A stretch of 63,853 bases of DNA, counting the filler, from Cercozoa sp. M6MM (Eukaryota; Protista; Endomyxa: Ascetosporea): the NCBI GenBank assembly GCA_040357565.1. It is 14 parts of 14 records of this genome, joined end to end, with 100 filler letters (N's around TTAATTAATTAA, not from the genome) between each part and the next. Parts side by side here need not be neighbours in the genome. Positions count along the whole stretch, not along the records: positions 1 to 5,175 come from JBDODJ010000956.1; positions 5,276 to 16,587 come from JBDODJ010000409.1; 12 more parts are not named here. One strand, written 5' to 3'. The notes below the pieces were generated by a model. That model was not told the DNA's origin, made no database searches, and saw only the letters and a list, made by a program, of their open reading frames with translations. Positions 1 to 12,576 of this stretch are shown one piece after another (the stretch's first letter is position 1; each line of letters begins with the position of its first letter). The position numbers and the translations under genes were made by a program.

Positions 1-65
<65 letters not shown>
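1..65. repeat. (GT)n microsatellite at contig start
   Basis: Direct: pure GT run. Confidence 0.95.
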
Positions 66-66
<1 letters not shown>

Positions 67-116
67 CCCGTGTGCCTGCCTCAGCTCTGTGTTTCGTACG
101 CGCACGCGGCGACGCG

Positions 117-3100
117 ATGAGCGACGACAGCAGCGTCGCCGAAGCGGCGTCCGAGTGCCTCGATGACGAGGTGTGGCTTGTATTCACCCTCTATCTTGAC
201 CCTCTCCCTTTACTCCTATACTTTTACACCTCTTCCTCTACCTTTTTCTTTTACCCTCTTCCTTTGCCCTCTTCCTTTACCCTCTTCCTTTACCCTCTTC
301 CGTTACCCTCTACCTTTCCCTTTCCTTTACCCTAACCTACAGGAGTGGCTGGACGCCGAGCACGTGACGCTGTCGCCTCTGCACGCCGACGTGGAGAACT
401 TCTTGGCGCGCGATGTGCAGCGACGACACATGCAGCACCAGCAGCAGAACATCAGTGCCAGCAACGGTGCCCTCCTCCCTTTCCTGTGTCTGCCTTGCGC
501 CTTGCTCATCGGTTCCTTGCCTGTGCACGCAGCTGGAGTTAACAGTTTCGCCATGTCGCTCGCGAGCGAGAGCGACACTGCGAGCGGCTCCGAGAGCGCC
601 GTCGTGTGGAGCGTCGAGTGGCTCGTGCGCTGCCTGCAGGCTTTGCTAGGCGCGGCGCGTGTGACTCCGGCCATGCGGCACGCCCGTCACGCCGACGACT
701 GGCGCCGCCTGGCGCTGCATGCTGCTCTGTGGCTGCGCTGCCCGACGCTGCACCGCAGCTGTCCCTCGCTGGCGCGTCTCGTGCAAACCACCTGGCACTG
801 GGCGTCGGTACCTTCCTGCCTCTGCATGTGCGCCTGTGTGCGTGTATGCTTGTGCGCCTATGCGTGCATACGTGTGTATATGCACGTGGGTGTGTGTGTG
901 TGCAGAGCGCCGTGAGCAGTGGCGGCGAGAGCGACATGAGCGACGGTGTCGTGTTGCTGGCCGCGCTGTCGCACCGCGGAGTCAAGGCGCCGCTGCGCGA
1001 CGTCGTGCCGCTCATGCAGTCTGTGCGTGCCGTGCAGCGCCGCGTGCTGCGCGCCGTGCAGACGCCGCTGCGGCTCGTGTCGCATACGGTGTCGGAGGAC
1101 GCCGCTCCCGGCAGCGGCATCAGCAAGGCACTATCTGCGACGAAGACGACGAGTGCCGCCGCCGGCAGCAGGGCGCAGCAGCTCATCGTGCGACTCACGA
1201 CGGGCGAGGCGGCGGCGTCGACGCAACAGCCGACCTCGTCGGCGCAGGCACTCGCCACGCTGTCGGCCGCGCGTGCCGTGCGCTCCATTCTACCGACGCT
1301 GCTGCAGGAGGGCGCCCTGCGCGACGTGGCCGTGTTTGGGGACGCCGAGAGACCGCTTGCCCTGGTAAGTCTACTCCATGTACACATATCCTCATCTACG
1401 TTGGACACCCGCCGGCACACAGGTGGAGATCCACTCGCAACGCGACGCCGCTCGTCTGCTGCGCGACATTGTGCTGTCGCTCAAGGACGTTGAGTCCCCC
1501 GAGGACGCCGTCGTGACCGGCGTCGAGTGGTCGCGCGCACTGCTACGACTCACCTTGTTCCTGGCGGCGCACGCCAAGCTTGTATGGCCACACTCGGCCC
1601 CAACAATTGTCTCGGTAGGCTTCTGACTCATAGAAACATGAGACTGGGGAAGGGTAGAGTATAACGTGTATCCACTCAGGCGAGGTCGGCCGACGAAGCA
1701 GCTGCCGCCGCACTGGGTGCTCTGGCGCGACTGTGCCGCGCGCGCCGACTGGACACGGAACTGGCTCGCGCTGGACTGGACCTGCCGGCCTCGGTGCAAA
1801 CGCAGTCGGCGCTGCTGCTTGTGTCGTCAGGTACGACCCAGGAGAAGGAGACGTCGGCGGCCTCGACGCTGGCTCGCCAGCAGGACGCACTGGGCCCACT
1901 GGGCCAGGCACTGCTGCAGCTGATGCCGCCAGACGCCGAGGGAGGCGACGCGCACCTGGCCGCACTCGAGCTTGCCGCCGCTCTGTTCGAGCACGACGTG
2001 CTGCTGCGCCGACGCCTGCTGACGCGCAGCGACGTAGCCGACGTGGCAGCTCTGTGGACGCAGCGGTACGCACCGCAGCCCGAGCAGGTGCCGGCCTCGC
2101 TGGCGCCCTTCGTGCGACTGGTCACGCAGGCCTGGCACTCCTGTGCCTCAAATACCGACGACACCGACGACACCCAGCAGAGGTACGCGAGCGATACGAT
2201 GCGACTCGGCGACTTTGTGCTCAAGGTGGCGCTGCACTCGCGCGACGCCGCCGCTCTCTGCCTCGCGCTCAAGCTGCTGATCTCGCTGCTCTTCACCGGC
2301 ACCGGCACTGTTCTGGTAGCCACCACATCCTTGCCCTTCTCTATCGCTGCCCTGATATAAGTACCATGTGGTGTGTGTGTGTGTGTGTGTGTGTGTTTAT
2401 GTGTGTGTGTGTGTTTATGTGTGTGTGTNNNNNNNNNNTGTGTGTGTGTGTGTTTATGTGTGTGTGTGTGTTTATGTGTGTGTGTGTGTGTGTGTGTTGT
2501 ATGTGTGTGTGTGTATGTGTGGTAGGCCGGTGGCGGTAAGTACTTTGTGGCGCTGGCCAAGCGTGTGCGAGTGCGTGTGCCGCTGCTACTGGAGCTCGTG
2601 CTGGACAGCATCGTGTCAGGCGAGCGCTCATCCGAGAAGGTGCGACTGGCGCGCTCGCTGTGCCAGCTGGTGCAAGTGCTACTGCAGTACCCGACACAGG
2701 CAGGCCTGTCGACCGGCAGTATCGTGGCACTGCTGCTACAGGCGGCCGAATGCGTGCCGCACGCGGACGTGTCGCAGTCCCGCGACGTGCTGTCGCAAGG
2801 CACGCTGGCGCATGGCTCGCCCTCGGAGTCGGAGCCGCTGCACTGGCTGCTGTTGTTGCTGCTGCGCCTGGTGCGCCGCCTGCCGACCCCGTCGACGGAC
2901 CTCTCAATCGCGTCGCCCGAGACGGACCCGGCCTTGTCGCTGCAGCACTGTGTCAGCATGGGCCACGCCTTCCTGGCGCTGTTTCGCAGGCTGCCCTGCG
3001 CCTCGACGGCGCTGCTGCTGGTCACGATGTGCACCTGCGCCGACGCGTTCACCCGGCGTGCCACATCGTCGCTCACTGTAGCCTCTCTCTCTCTCTCCCC

Positions 3101-3130
3101 TCTTTCCTCTCTCTCTCTCCCCTCTTTCCC

Positions 3131-3185
<55 letters not shown>

Positions 3186-4202
3186 CCTTCTTGTACTGTA
3201 TCTGTCTGTGTGTGTGTGTGCACACAGGTGCTGCCGACTCACGCGCCTGCCGAGTCGCAGTCGACTCTGAACAATGCCGCCTTGCTGCAGGTACGTGGGG
3301 TGGATGGGACGTGCGTGTGTGTGTTTGCACGGTGTGCTGCTGTGTTTTGGCAGTCGAGAAGCGCCGATGCGCTTGTTGATGCTGTTCGTGATGTGCGCGA
3401 GGTTAGCCAAGAGGTAGCCGGAACCTCTGAGAGTCCTCGAAGGTTCTCCTGTACCTCCGTTCCTCTAATGAGCAGACGCGGCAGGTGCTGCTGACGCTGC
3501 TGCCGCCGTTGCTGCTGAACACGCAGGTGTCGTCGCACCTCGGCATGCAGCGCACGCCGGCGCACGCGGCCGAATTGGTGCCGATGCTGCTGCAGGCACT
3601 CAGTGCGGCCGTGCACTCGGTGAGCTGCTTCCCGTGCGAGCTGGCCGACATGCGCTCGGCCCTGCGACTCAAAAAAGAGTGCGCTGTCGCCGATCAGGTA
3701 GCACTGCACTCGTGTAGACTCAGTGTGCGTGTGTGGTACCATTCCTCCTGTGTGCAGGCTCGCTCACTACTCGGTACCCTGCGAGCCCTGCAATTGGTAC
3801 TCCTAGCGTTCTTCTCACCTATCCATTTCAATGCGCCACCGTTCTACCCTTGTATTCCCTGCAGGCACACGAGCAGCAGTCGCACGACTCGCTGGTGGAC
3901 TCGCTGCTGCTGGGCGCTGACGCCGATCGGAGCTGCGCCGTGCTGCTGCTGGCCGACACGGCGCGACACGCGCTCAAGGCGGCCTGCGGTGCTGATGCCG
4001 TCGCTGTCGCCGTGTCGCAGCTGCAGACGATGCCGTCGGCCACCGCGCCAGCCACCGGCCCTGGTGCCGGTCAGTCGCCGCCGTCGGACGCAGGCAAGAC
4101 TGACGCAGAGAAGGAGGACCTCGTGCAGCTCGCTATTGCTGCTGCCAGTGCCTGGACACGCGTGGTACCCCTCTCGCTTGCCTGTGTATGCGTACCTATT
4201 TG

Positions 4203-4262
<60 letters not shown>

Positions 4263-4277
4263 TGTGTTTGTGTGTTT

Positions 4278-4309
<32 letters not shown>

Positions 4310-4899
4310 GCCACCTTCCAGTTCGACGCATGTGTCGCCTTGCTTGTGCATGCGCTGCGCCACACGCGTGACTGCCGAGCCACCTCGCGTGTCTACGTCT
4401 TCTCACTGGTACCCTTGCTTGCCTTCTTGCCTCCTGATCCTACGTAGCCCCTGTACACTTTCGGTGCAGGCCATTCGTGACGTGGCGAGACGCGCCACCT
4501 GCGTGTCCTCCAGCAGCACGGACGAGCACGCGTCGCTGCGAGTGCTGCCGTTTGCGGCGCTGCAGCAAGTGCGCGCGTGGGCACAGCTGCAGCGTGCCTT
4601 GCTAGAGCGCGCCGCCAGGGAACAGGAGGACGCGGCGCGACGTCAGGACAACGAAGCGACGGTGCGGCACGCTCTCACGCTGCTGGAGCGCATGTCAGAT
4701 GTGCTGGTCCGCACCGTCACGGGCAAGCGCGTGCCGATCCGCGTGTTCGACGAGCGTCAGTCACGACGAGCCGAGTCTCTTGTGGCCGTGGCGCTGCGCG
4801 AGCTGCTGCACGTCGTGCTGGCTGCACATCGCGCCTCGCCGCGCCTTGCCCTGCCGCTCTTCTCGCTTGTGCTGCGCTGCTCGCGATCTGTGGTACCGG

Positions 4900-4950
<51 letters not shown>

Positions 4951-5097
4951 CTGCTTGTTACCACCAGTGCTGCTGCTGCTGCTGCTGCTGAGCGTGGCCA
5001 GGCGCGGTGCCAGGTAGCGCAGCAGCAGGTCACCCAGTGAGACTAGCGGCGGTGGCGTCCATCTAGCAGGCGCGACCTCGCCCACGACCATGGCGTG
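117..5097 (+). CDS. Large Leu/Ala-rich, probably alpha-solenoid, hypothetical protein (~15 exons)
   Basis: GC-rich exons join in frame over 14 GT-AG introns (MSDDSSVAEAASECLDDE|EWLDAEHV...). The last-exon choice is ambiguous (stop at 5040 or 5097). No motif recognised. Confidence 0.75.
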
Positions 5098-5127
5098 ATC
5101 CCTCTGTGATAGACAGCATATATACGA

Positions 5128-5175
<48 letters not shown>

Positions 5176-5275
5176 NNNNNNNNNNNNNNNNNNNNNNNNN
5201 NNNNNNNNNNNNNNNNNNNTTAATTAATTAANNNNNNNNNNNNNNNNNNNNNNNNNNNNNNNNNNNNNNNNNNNN
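5176..5275. other. Artificial contig linker N44-TTAATTAATTAA-N44. Also at 16588-16687, 22562-22661, 25597-25696, 27501-27600, 28865-28964, 32518-32617, 37954-38053, 51465-51564, 56122-56221, 58146-58245, 60369-60468, 62646-62745
   Basis: The same 100-nt spacer with stops in all six frames occurs 13 times, and genes are truncated at it. Confidence 0.98.
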
Positions 5276-5621
5276 CAAGTTTTGTCTTCCACTGCCACAG
5301 CACACAGATATGAGTGAGTGATTGGACTCGAGGAAGTAGCATTCATGGCCAAGCGGTCCAAGAACTCGAGTAGAGTAAGCAGGGGAGAATCCCAATCGGT
5401 AGAAGGAACTACCTTCATGGTGGCGTAGTAGTGCCGGCCGGCAGGATTCGTTGAAGTTCCGCGGGTCGGCGTTCGTGTCCATGTTGGACTGCCCATGGCA
5501 CACAGCACAAGTGCAACAACAACAACAACAACAACAGCAACAACAACGACAGCCGCAACAACAACAACACCAGCTACTCAAACACAATCACGAGCCGGAG
5601 TGACTAGACTGCAAGTACCAT
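5276..5621 (-). CDS. 5' fragment of hypothetical protein
   Basis: ATG|gtactt donor, (TTG)n-containing intron, exon SNMDTNADPRNFNESCRPALLRHHE; runs off the contig. Confidence 0.4.
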
Positions 5622-6952
5622 GTTCTCGTTCGTTGTTTGTAAGTCTTTTCTGTCAAACAAGGCGAAATTCGAGTTCATCTCGAAAAACGCGCCACAACAC
5701 AAGACTCAGAACAGAAAACAAAAAACACGCGCACCTCAGGGCGTGACGCTCGCTGTCGGCGGGCGTGTTCTGGCGCTTAGTTAACTCAGTAGTTATCCTA
5801 TACAACTATCCTAACACAAATCGGTTGTGGTTTGGGCGTTTGCCGGTGTGCACATTCTGACCCGTCTGCTTTGAGGCTGCTGCGGTCACTGACCCGGCGG
5901 TTTCTGCGAAGGTTTAGGCCTCTAGGACTCTCGCCAACCACAATGCTTGGTATGGTTTCGTGCATACAGACCGCTGATGTACGAATTGCAGCGATTGCAG
6001 CACGCAAGAATTGCCGAAATGCACACAAATTTGTCTCTGTGGGAGAACACTGATCTCGAGAAGAACAGTGCCACCCAGACACTGGGCAGCGACATTTCTC
6101 GCTTTCGCTCTCGCAGTACGTTGTGTACGAGCGAGTTTAAGCATGCTTAATGCTATATCAGTTAACACTGCATTCTACCAATGCTATCGTATACTCTAAA
6201 TAGGCACTCTGCGGCCGAGTTGTTTTTGCGTTAAAGCCGTGCCCTGTGTTCTGGCGGGTTTTACACTACGTAGCTGTGTGTGCACTAAGCGTAGTGCCAG
6301 GGGACGCGGCATGTAAACGTATTGAAGTGCTTTGTGCGGTTTTTAAGACTGCAGCTGGCTTGTAGATGTAGAGGCAGGTATGTTACACGAATAACCAGTG
6401 CAGTGGCGTATCCACTGCCTGCTGGTAGTTGCATGCAAGTGCAGTTGTGGACGCACTTTGCTGACTGCGTTTCGTCATTTCTAGTCTTTTGTTGCAAGTT
6501 GTGCATTTCTTTTTTGTGTGGTGGCAAAACTTCCAGGACTTGGGCGCAGCTTTACTGCGGATGTGAAGTAAAATACAACCTGAGGCGCGGACGGAACTGA
6601 ACCGAAGTAAAGTCAGCGCAGGTTAATAAACGGAGTAGTACGGTGAATCTATGGTCGGATCGATAGGGTTAGCACCGACAGTTCGCTCCAGCGTAGTTAA
6701 AGCACGGCACACTCGAAAGTGCACACCCGTCATCCGCCTCCGAATAGGTAAATTATGCATGCGATGCACCCCGAGGGGTCAACGTAGTCCCATCTCACGA
6801 CTACGGTAAATCTGGTGCAGCAAGACACAAATTAGTATACAAATAGCATTGTAGTTTAAAGAAACAACATACTGCTTCAAGTGAATTCGCCGCTGGGCAC
6901 TGGCGACTCAGCTAAACGGAAAAAGACGTCTTTAAACTTGCTTGTGGTGAAC

Positions 6953-9900
6953 TCAAGGATACGACGCCGTGGGCAGAGCCGACTGCATCTCAACGCTCGC
7001 ACTGTCCTGATCGTGTTCCTGCACACGCGTGTCCAAGAAGCAAACTCAAAACAAAGCTAAATTTGGCTAAAGTTACATGAGCCAGCGCGGAGTGCTTCTG
7101 CAAGAGCTCGACCTGGCAACAGACAACACATTCGAAAAAAAATCTACGACCGAACAGAGCCAAAATCTCTGCACCTCGCGCTCAAACTTCCTGCGACGAG
7201 CGTCGCACCACTTTTCGAACTCGGGTGAAACCACAAAGGCACCGTATCTAAGTAGATCCAGTCAGACAATAGAACATAAAGTAGTTTAAAGCGCGAGGCA
7301 AAGGTAAGGATACAGATTGGTCGACACGAGTCGCAGCACGACATCGTGGACACGGCGACTGCAATCATGCAACGAATCAATTGAATCAAAGTATCCCTTG
7401 CTGTCAAAACCAACAGTGAATTAACAGGAAGTTGGTACATCTGCTCGATGACAGACTCGGGCACGCGCATTTCTGCGACGTCGTCACCTTGAATGCGATC
7501 TGGAGCGCGTTGCTGTAAATAACAAACAAAGTACGCGAAGAATAAGTTTATCTAAACACCCGAGTCGTAAATTACCATGAGAACCGGCTTCTCCGGGCCG
7601 GCTTTGCCGATTGAAGCCTCGAACTGCGTCATAGCGGCCACACAGTCCTCGCGTAGACGCGCAGAGATGTTTACCTCCATCCTATGCATAAAGGGTATCA
7701 TTTCTCTCACTCCATTTAGAAAAGGAAAAGCAGTGTACTGCGCGAAAGGATAGATGAACTGCTCGTAAATAGTGCGCGCCTGTTCGTATCGCAGGCCGAG
7801 AATATGGACGTGCAGCGCATTCCACTCTGTCCATCACATACACACACACGACTACAGTTCAAACACCTCTGAGGCACAGAAGAAGAAAAGCTACGACGCA
7901 GGAATTCGACGTTCTCGTGAGAGTACTGTTCTTTCGCGAACGACATCAGTAGGTTGGCTGCCTCGTCATCACGCAGCACTCTGCACATAAGTTTAGATTG
8001 CTCAGGTTGGATCTATCGATATCACAAAGCGTGCACAGACACCGTACCGATCCAGAGTCCACACATGCTCCACACTGTGTTTATGTATCATAATACAAAC
8101 CAACCAGTAGGAAAGGTACGGGAAGGGCTAAAACCAATCTACCTGGCAACCTTCTGTAGTCGCACGAGTTTGCGCGAGTTGCGCAGCGCCATTGCGGCAG
8201 TGATTCCGATAGCGAATACAGTAATGGCCAAAACGGTTGTGATGGCCACGACCTCGTCTGTCCAGAGAAACACCGACACACATGTATTGTACACACAGGT
8301 GTAATACGAAGGCATCAAAGTGGAAGTACTCTCAGTGTCTTGCGTGCGTTGCTGGATACTCTTGAGTTCGGCCGTGGTCATCTGCGCGAACAGGATCTCC
8401 AACTCGTTCTTGGCCAGCATGAACTCAGGTGACTGTATGCCATCTACACACACACGCACATTCACAGCACTTATAGATATGCCCCAGCCCCAAAAACTAT
8501 TAATTCTGTAGATTGGACAAAACTCACCGAACGCAGTGATGTTTCCTTGCAGGCCCAAGCCCACAACGCTGCACTCATGTCAGTATACACTGGTACAAAA
8601 TCTACACACATAAAAAAAGTGCACGTACTCGATGAGGATAAAGTAGAGGATGTCAAAGAGTTCCGACTGTCGCTGCCACTCGTACGGGTCCTCTTCGTCG
8701 AAACTCTCGTCCCCAACGACCTTCGCGCACACACACGCACACACACACATACATCGACACTATCAACCACAAAGAACGTGCATGAAGGCGATGAACCAGC
8801 GGTTCGAGGGTGGCGCGCACGTCGTTAATAACGGCGACCTCGTTAAACAGCAGTACTTCCAGTTTCTGTTGAAAAACAAGCACACGAGTGCAAAAAGCTC
8901 AACACAAAGCAGTCACGGTAAGTTAGCACAGCACACCTCAGTACGGTTCTTGACGGCTTCACTGCGAGACATTGTGTCGAACTCCATTCCCGGTGGCAGC
9001 ACCAACTGTAGATACAGATAGCACGCAACACAGGCACGCAACCTAGATTCTTAGTCTTTGTACCCCGGTGCTGAGACCGAGCAGCACATTCAACACGCCT
9101 AGACACATACAAGTCATGCAGTGTACTAAAATGATGCATGCGAGCGCGACAAGTGTGCATACGAGCAACCGACGAGCGGAATATGTGAATGTTCTCGAGC
9201 ACTGTAATTCACGATGACCCAAAACAAAAGATTTAAGCAAGGCATGATACAAATCGAGCAAGTACCGACGGTATCACGATCGACGAGGTTCTGGCTTCGG
9301 TTGCTCGTTTTGGTGCCATTCACGATCATCACTGAGGCAATAGAAACCAGAAGTCAACTTGTCACAGGCCAATTTCCCATCATACATGCCACGGCAGCGA
9401 TGGCTAGAAGCGACGCGAAGTAGCTCGAAATACGCACACGCCGTTTAGCCTTGGCGATGCGCGAGTTCAGGTCTTGATTCTCCTGCGTGAAACACCACGT
9501 CAACAGCATTTGGCAGAAATGACCCCCAGGCTCGGTGAAAAGCAAAAAGAAACACCTTGCTGCGGAAAAGAGAGAAACTGCCAGTGTCGCCGCTGGAGGA
9601 ACTGTCGCTCGCGCTCATCTGTTTCGCAACTCAAAAATTTTAGACCAGTCCAGGCAACCAAGATTTATGGGAGAGTGCACTTGTGTGCTGGCATCGTTCA
9701 CTGTCGGGCTAGACGCCGATGGCGCGTATGGAACCGAATCGACAACTGAGCCTGCCTGCGCGGACTCGTCACCCGTGTAGTTTTGCTCATTATCCTGCAA
9801 GGACACATCAACTCGGAGGGTCTGGAAGAAAACACAACTGGAAACGGTACGTATTCAAACTCCTTGTCAGTTGTTGCGCTGGCTATCTGCAGGTCAAACG

Positions 9901-11845
9901 CACCGCCTTGGAGCGCTCGTTCGACGCCTCTCTTTGACCGTCTCTGTCAGGTAGCACCAGGGACAGTTGCGCGCAACCAACCCCATCATTTACAAAACAC
10001 AAACTACCAGCATGCACACAAGTTGGTGTTTCTGTCAAGATTCAAGCATTTTTGTAAACAGCAGAGCACGAGAGAGGAAAGTTAAGTAAAAGTTATTCAC
10101 GAGTTTAAGCCAGCGGCGACGCCGTTCCCACGCCTGTGCACGCGAAAGAGGTCAGTGTGTACTGTGTAAAGTTAATAAAACTGGGAGATCAAGCGTGTCT
10201 TACCACAAGAATAGCTCCAACAACGATCACCTACATATACAACAAAGAATAAGCACCTGCAAGCGCGGACCGTCAGCATCAGTGGAAAGGTCTGATGTCA
10301 GCATACAATCCAAACAATGTTGAGAACACGGAGCGTGCGATGCTGTTCGTGGCTTCGCTGTCCGTGCTTGCTTGCGCGCGCATTTGCGCTACATAAAGTG
10401 TCATAAAAAAGTGTTTGCCAACGTAAGCACTGCACCGGTGCAAATTAAACGACAATGAAGCGTACCTGTCAAGAAAGTCGAAGTAGGAGCGTTCGGCCGG
10501 CAACAGCACGTCGCTTCCAAACTCAAGGTTGGCTCTGTAGTACTTGGAGACTCCCGCGTTGCGCAAAGATACCTTAGTGTAGAAACAGTTCAGTTCAGTT
10601 CAGTTCAGTCCAGCTCAGTTGATGAGTCACTGGAAATATAAATTCGCACAAATAGTAGTAAATTTACGTTTGACATGAATGCAAGTTTGAGCACGTCGAG
10701 ATTGTCGTCCATCCACTGGATGTAAGACACGCCGATCAGTCAACTTCACACACATACGACCGAACCTACCATGTCGAATCCTGGACGCACTTTGTCAAGC
10801 CACGTGTGTGCAAGGCCGCCATTGTCTCCTACAGGAAAGCACGGACACAGTCGCAAATGAAAACAACATCAGCGACGAATACAAAATTACCCTGATCAGA
10901 AAGTTGTTGGGCAAGCGCATCTGTCGCCATAGAGCTCGTTGTTTTGTACTCCAGCATTCGCATATACTCATCGCGCCACGCACTAAATTGTTGAAACACA
11001 GAGGGTAATTTAAGTCATACACAATTCCTGACATGTGCCCTGCACAAGAAAAAAACTGACACGGCGTCCGAAACGTTTTCGCCCCACTGTGCTTCATTTG
11101 TGTTGTTGAAACGCTGCACGACGAAACTTCCCGACAAGGGAACCTGCCGAACATGACGAACTTGAGACTTGCCCGTTGCTCATTTGATTGAAATATAGCA
11201 GATTTACGAAAAGCGACCATATGCCTTCGTACGTCTCCGTTGCCTCTGCAATACCAAGTGATTACACATCCAAGGACCTAGAACATCGATACTTACTCTG
11301 AAGGAGTGCTTCGATATCAGACAACGAGCGCAGTTCGGAGGCAAACGACGTCGATGCCACCACAAATGTCACGGAGACTCCCACGATCACCAGCAGCAGC
11401 AGGAACAGTAGCTGAAAATTTTGTCTGCGGAAGCGAGAGACACGCGTGTCGAGTTCGTCTCTACCACAGGGTATGGTACACAGCAACGTAAGAAAACCAG
11501 CGCAGGCTGGAGTGCGACATGAAGGAGTACAGCGACTTGTCTTGCGACTGGTACTGGGCAGCCACGCGCTGCATGTCCTCGGTGTTGCCATTCACCGCCG
11601 CGTTTTTGTCGCGCAGCCGCTGGAAGAACCTAGAGAAGAAATAAAGGCTGTTGTCGAGGCAGGGAGTGAAAGGCAGAGAAATGGAAAGGCTACGAACTCC
11701 TCCGTCGCTGCCTTGGGCTGGTCGTGGCGGTTTCATTTTTATTCTGTGTCGGAAACCCAGGAGAGTCGATGCTGCCCGTCTCGGAGATAGTGTCAGTATC
11801 CACAGTGTGCCCGTCGATGCCGACCTCTTCATGCACGGTTTCCAT
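6953..11845 (-). CDS. Multi-pass membrane protein (4 predicted TMs, two ectodomains) with C-terminal RGS domain
   Basis: Spliced RGS signature VLRDDEAANLLMSFAKEQYSHENVEFL...ARTIYEQFIYPFAQMEVNISARLRE...VLRLVSTNLYGAFVVSPEFEKW. Four hydrophobic segments lie upstream; more than 25 exons join in frame. Confidence 0.75.
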
Positions 11846-12576
11846 TGCTCGTGAATCACCTGGCCCAAAAGCAAAAAGACAGTCGGGTGATCTGGCTGCT
11901 GCGGGAAAATCATCCTACTGTACACGCAAGCAGACGCTCCGTGCTTTGCCTCACTCGAACAAAAGCACAAAGTCCAGCGCAACCCCCCGTGCTTTCAAAA
12001 TGCAGATCAGTAAGGCTCGGCACACGACCAGAGATGGACTGGGTGAACGACCGTCAGTGTCGGTTCCTAACTCTCGATGATCACCGTTGATGATGGTTTT
12101 CGAGTTGATTGGGCGCTTTTTCAGGCCAGATAATTTTAAAGTTGCGATCCTGCTGCATAAAATTGCAGCCAGTCTCGCTTAGCTCACTTAGAAGAAGCAA
12201 TTTACTAATTATCTCCTTCTGTGCTTGGGAGGGAATTTGCCGTTCGCACCTGCGATCGCTTTTGGTGCAGATGATCCTCGCACGGGCTGCCTGTTCCGGT
12301 ACAGTCAACTTGTCAATAGATCGGCCTGTAATTACGTCTACAGCAGAAAGCTGCAAGCATAGCTTGCATAGGATACAATCATCATTTTACCGCAACCCAT
12401 CAGCGGTATCGCATCAATTATTGTACCAGCCCATCCTGGCTGCTGTCTTCTTTAAAATTTGTCTGGTGCTCGAACAAAAATCTATCCTCAACCACGTACG
12501 ATCGAGCTGTCTTGGCACTAGAACGCTGAGATATTTAGCCGCACATACGCATGCATACGCTTGTTGTGCACTCACA

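Noticed and set aside
1676-3223. Long minus-strand ORFs (515 aa and others) and VCVC/HTHT/LSLS ORFs in the track
   Set aside because: Antisense shadows of GC-rich exons and translations of microsatellites.
5970-6600. Small + strand gene (MYELQRLQHARIAE...)
   Set aside because: Some splice-like signals, but no consistent complete model or recognisable motif.
6640-6830. Possible snRNA (GCATAATTT resembling the U1 Sm-site region, small hairpins)
   Set aside because: No U1 5' end (ATACTTACC) or other conserved elements; flanked by ordinary intron-like signals.
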